Assembly: GCA_043228905.1 (NCBI GenBank)
Contig: JBHGNT010000012.1
Location: 3,720,001-3,784,000 of the forward strand
DNA from: Azolla caroliniana
Lineage: Eukaryota; Plantae; Polypodiophyta
DNA length: 64,000 nucleotides
Direction of reading: 5' to 3'
In this document: piece by piece, positions 63,643-64,000 of the stretch
Numbering within the stretch: the first letter of the stretch is position 1
How the letters are laid out: each line of letters begins with the position of its first letter
Notes under the pieces: generated by a model
Databases searched by the model: none
What the model was told of the DNA's origin: nothing
What the model saw: only the letters and a program-made list of their open reading frames with translations
Program-made: the position numbers and the translations under genes

Positions 63643-64000
63643 AGGGTTTTGGCCAACCAAAACCGGACCGGCGATGGAGCCGGTGATCCGACGGCATCCG
63701 ACCGCAATCCGGCGTCGGTATCCGGCACCGGTATCCGGCGTCGACATCCGGCGAACCGGCGACTAAATAAAATAAATATATAAAAATATATACATATACA
63801 AGGAGGGCAAGTATGGATTCAAACCTTGCACCTCCAAGTTAGGAGTCAAATGGCTTACCATTAAGCCATGGTATTTAGTTGAAATTATATTTCTATCATT
63901 GTACTTTTACATGTAAATTCTCATCCATGAGTGCTAAAATGAGTGACATGGTTAGCATGCACCACATGTAATACTTAAGCGCCAAATGGCAAACATGCAA
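63643..64000. mobile_element. Start of a hAT/MITE-like element with CCGG subterminal repeats and a tRNA-like box
   Basis: agggttttggccaaccaaaaccggaccgg followed by repeated atccggc; - strand TGGCTTAATGG (63868-63858) and GGTTTGAATCC (63825-63815). Right end is outside the window. Confidence 0.45.

Noticed and set aside
63810-63875. Functional tRNA gene
   Set aside because: Only A/B-box-like motifs; no convincing cloverleaf or acceptor stem.

Overview
Eukaryotic land-plant DNA. The Tcn1-like chromovirus and non-L1 LINEs suggest a non-seed plant such as a fern, but that is inference. Bases 1-29.8k are a deeply nested retroelement island. It holds a young LINE, a Tf1/sushi/Tcn1-like Ty3/Gypsy split by a 2-kb solo LTR, and at least six Ty1/Copia elements or fragments. 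These include a three-level nest A(11330-27201) > B(14353-25362) > C(17735-23164), in which C is a same-family copy of B inserted in reverse orientation. The gene-bearing part has a 7-exon RING-CH/MARCH-type E3 ligase (33086-40342 +), a decayed PPR gene, a 5-exon reticulon (48364-50010 +), a full-length but frameshifted Copia (55831-61202 -) and MITE-like elements. Most notable observations: (i) the Gypsy has no tRNA PBS but a perfect 12-nt complement of its predicted transcript 5' end (Tf1-type self-priming), a heat-shock-element array next to its TATA box and a -1 frameshift-like gag/pol junction with an 11-bp stem; (ii) the LINE's ORF2 lacks an AUG and is in frame with ORF1 behind a single UAG followed by a hairpin (candidate stop-codon readthrough); (iii) the B/C nest forms two interleaved multi-kb inverted repeats, a candidate hairpin-siRNA 'killer' locus. 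All alignments and translations were done by eye.
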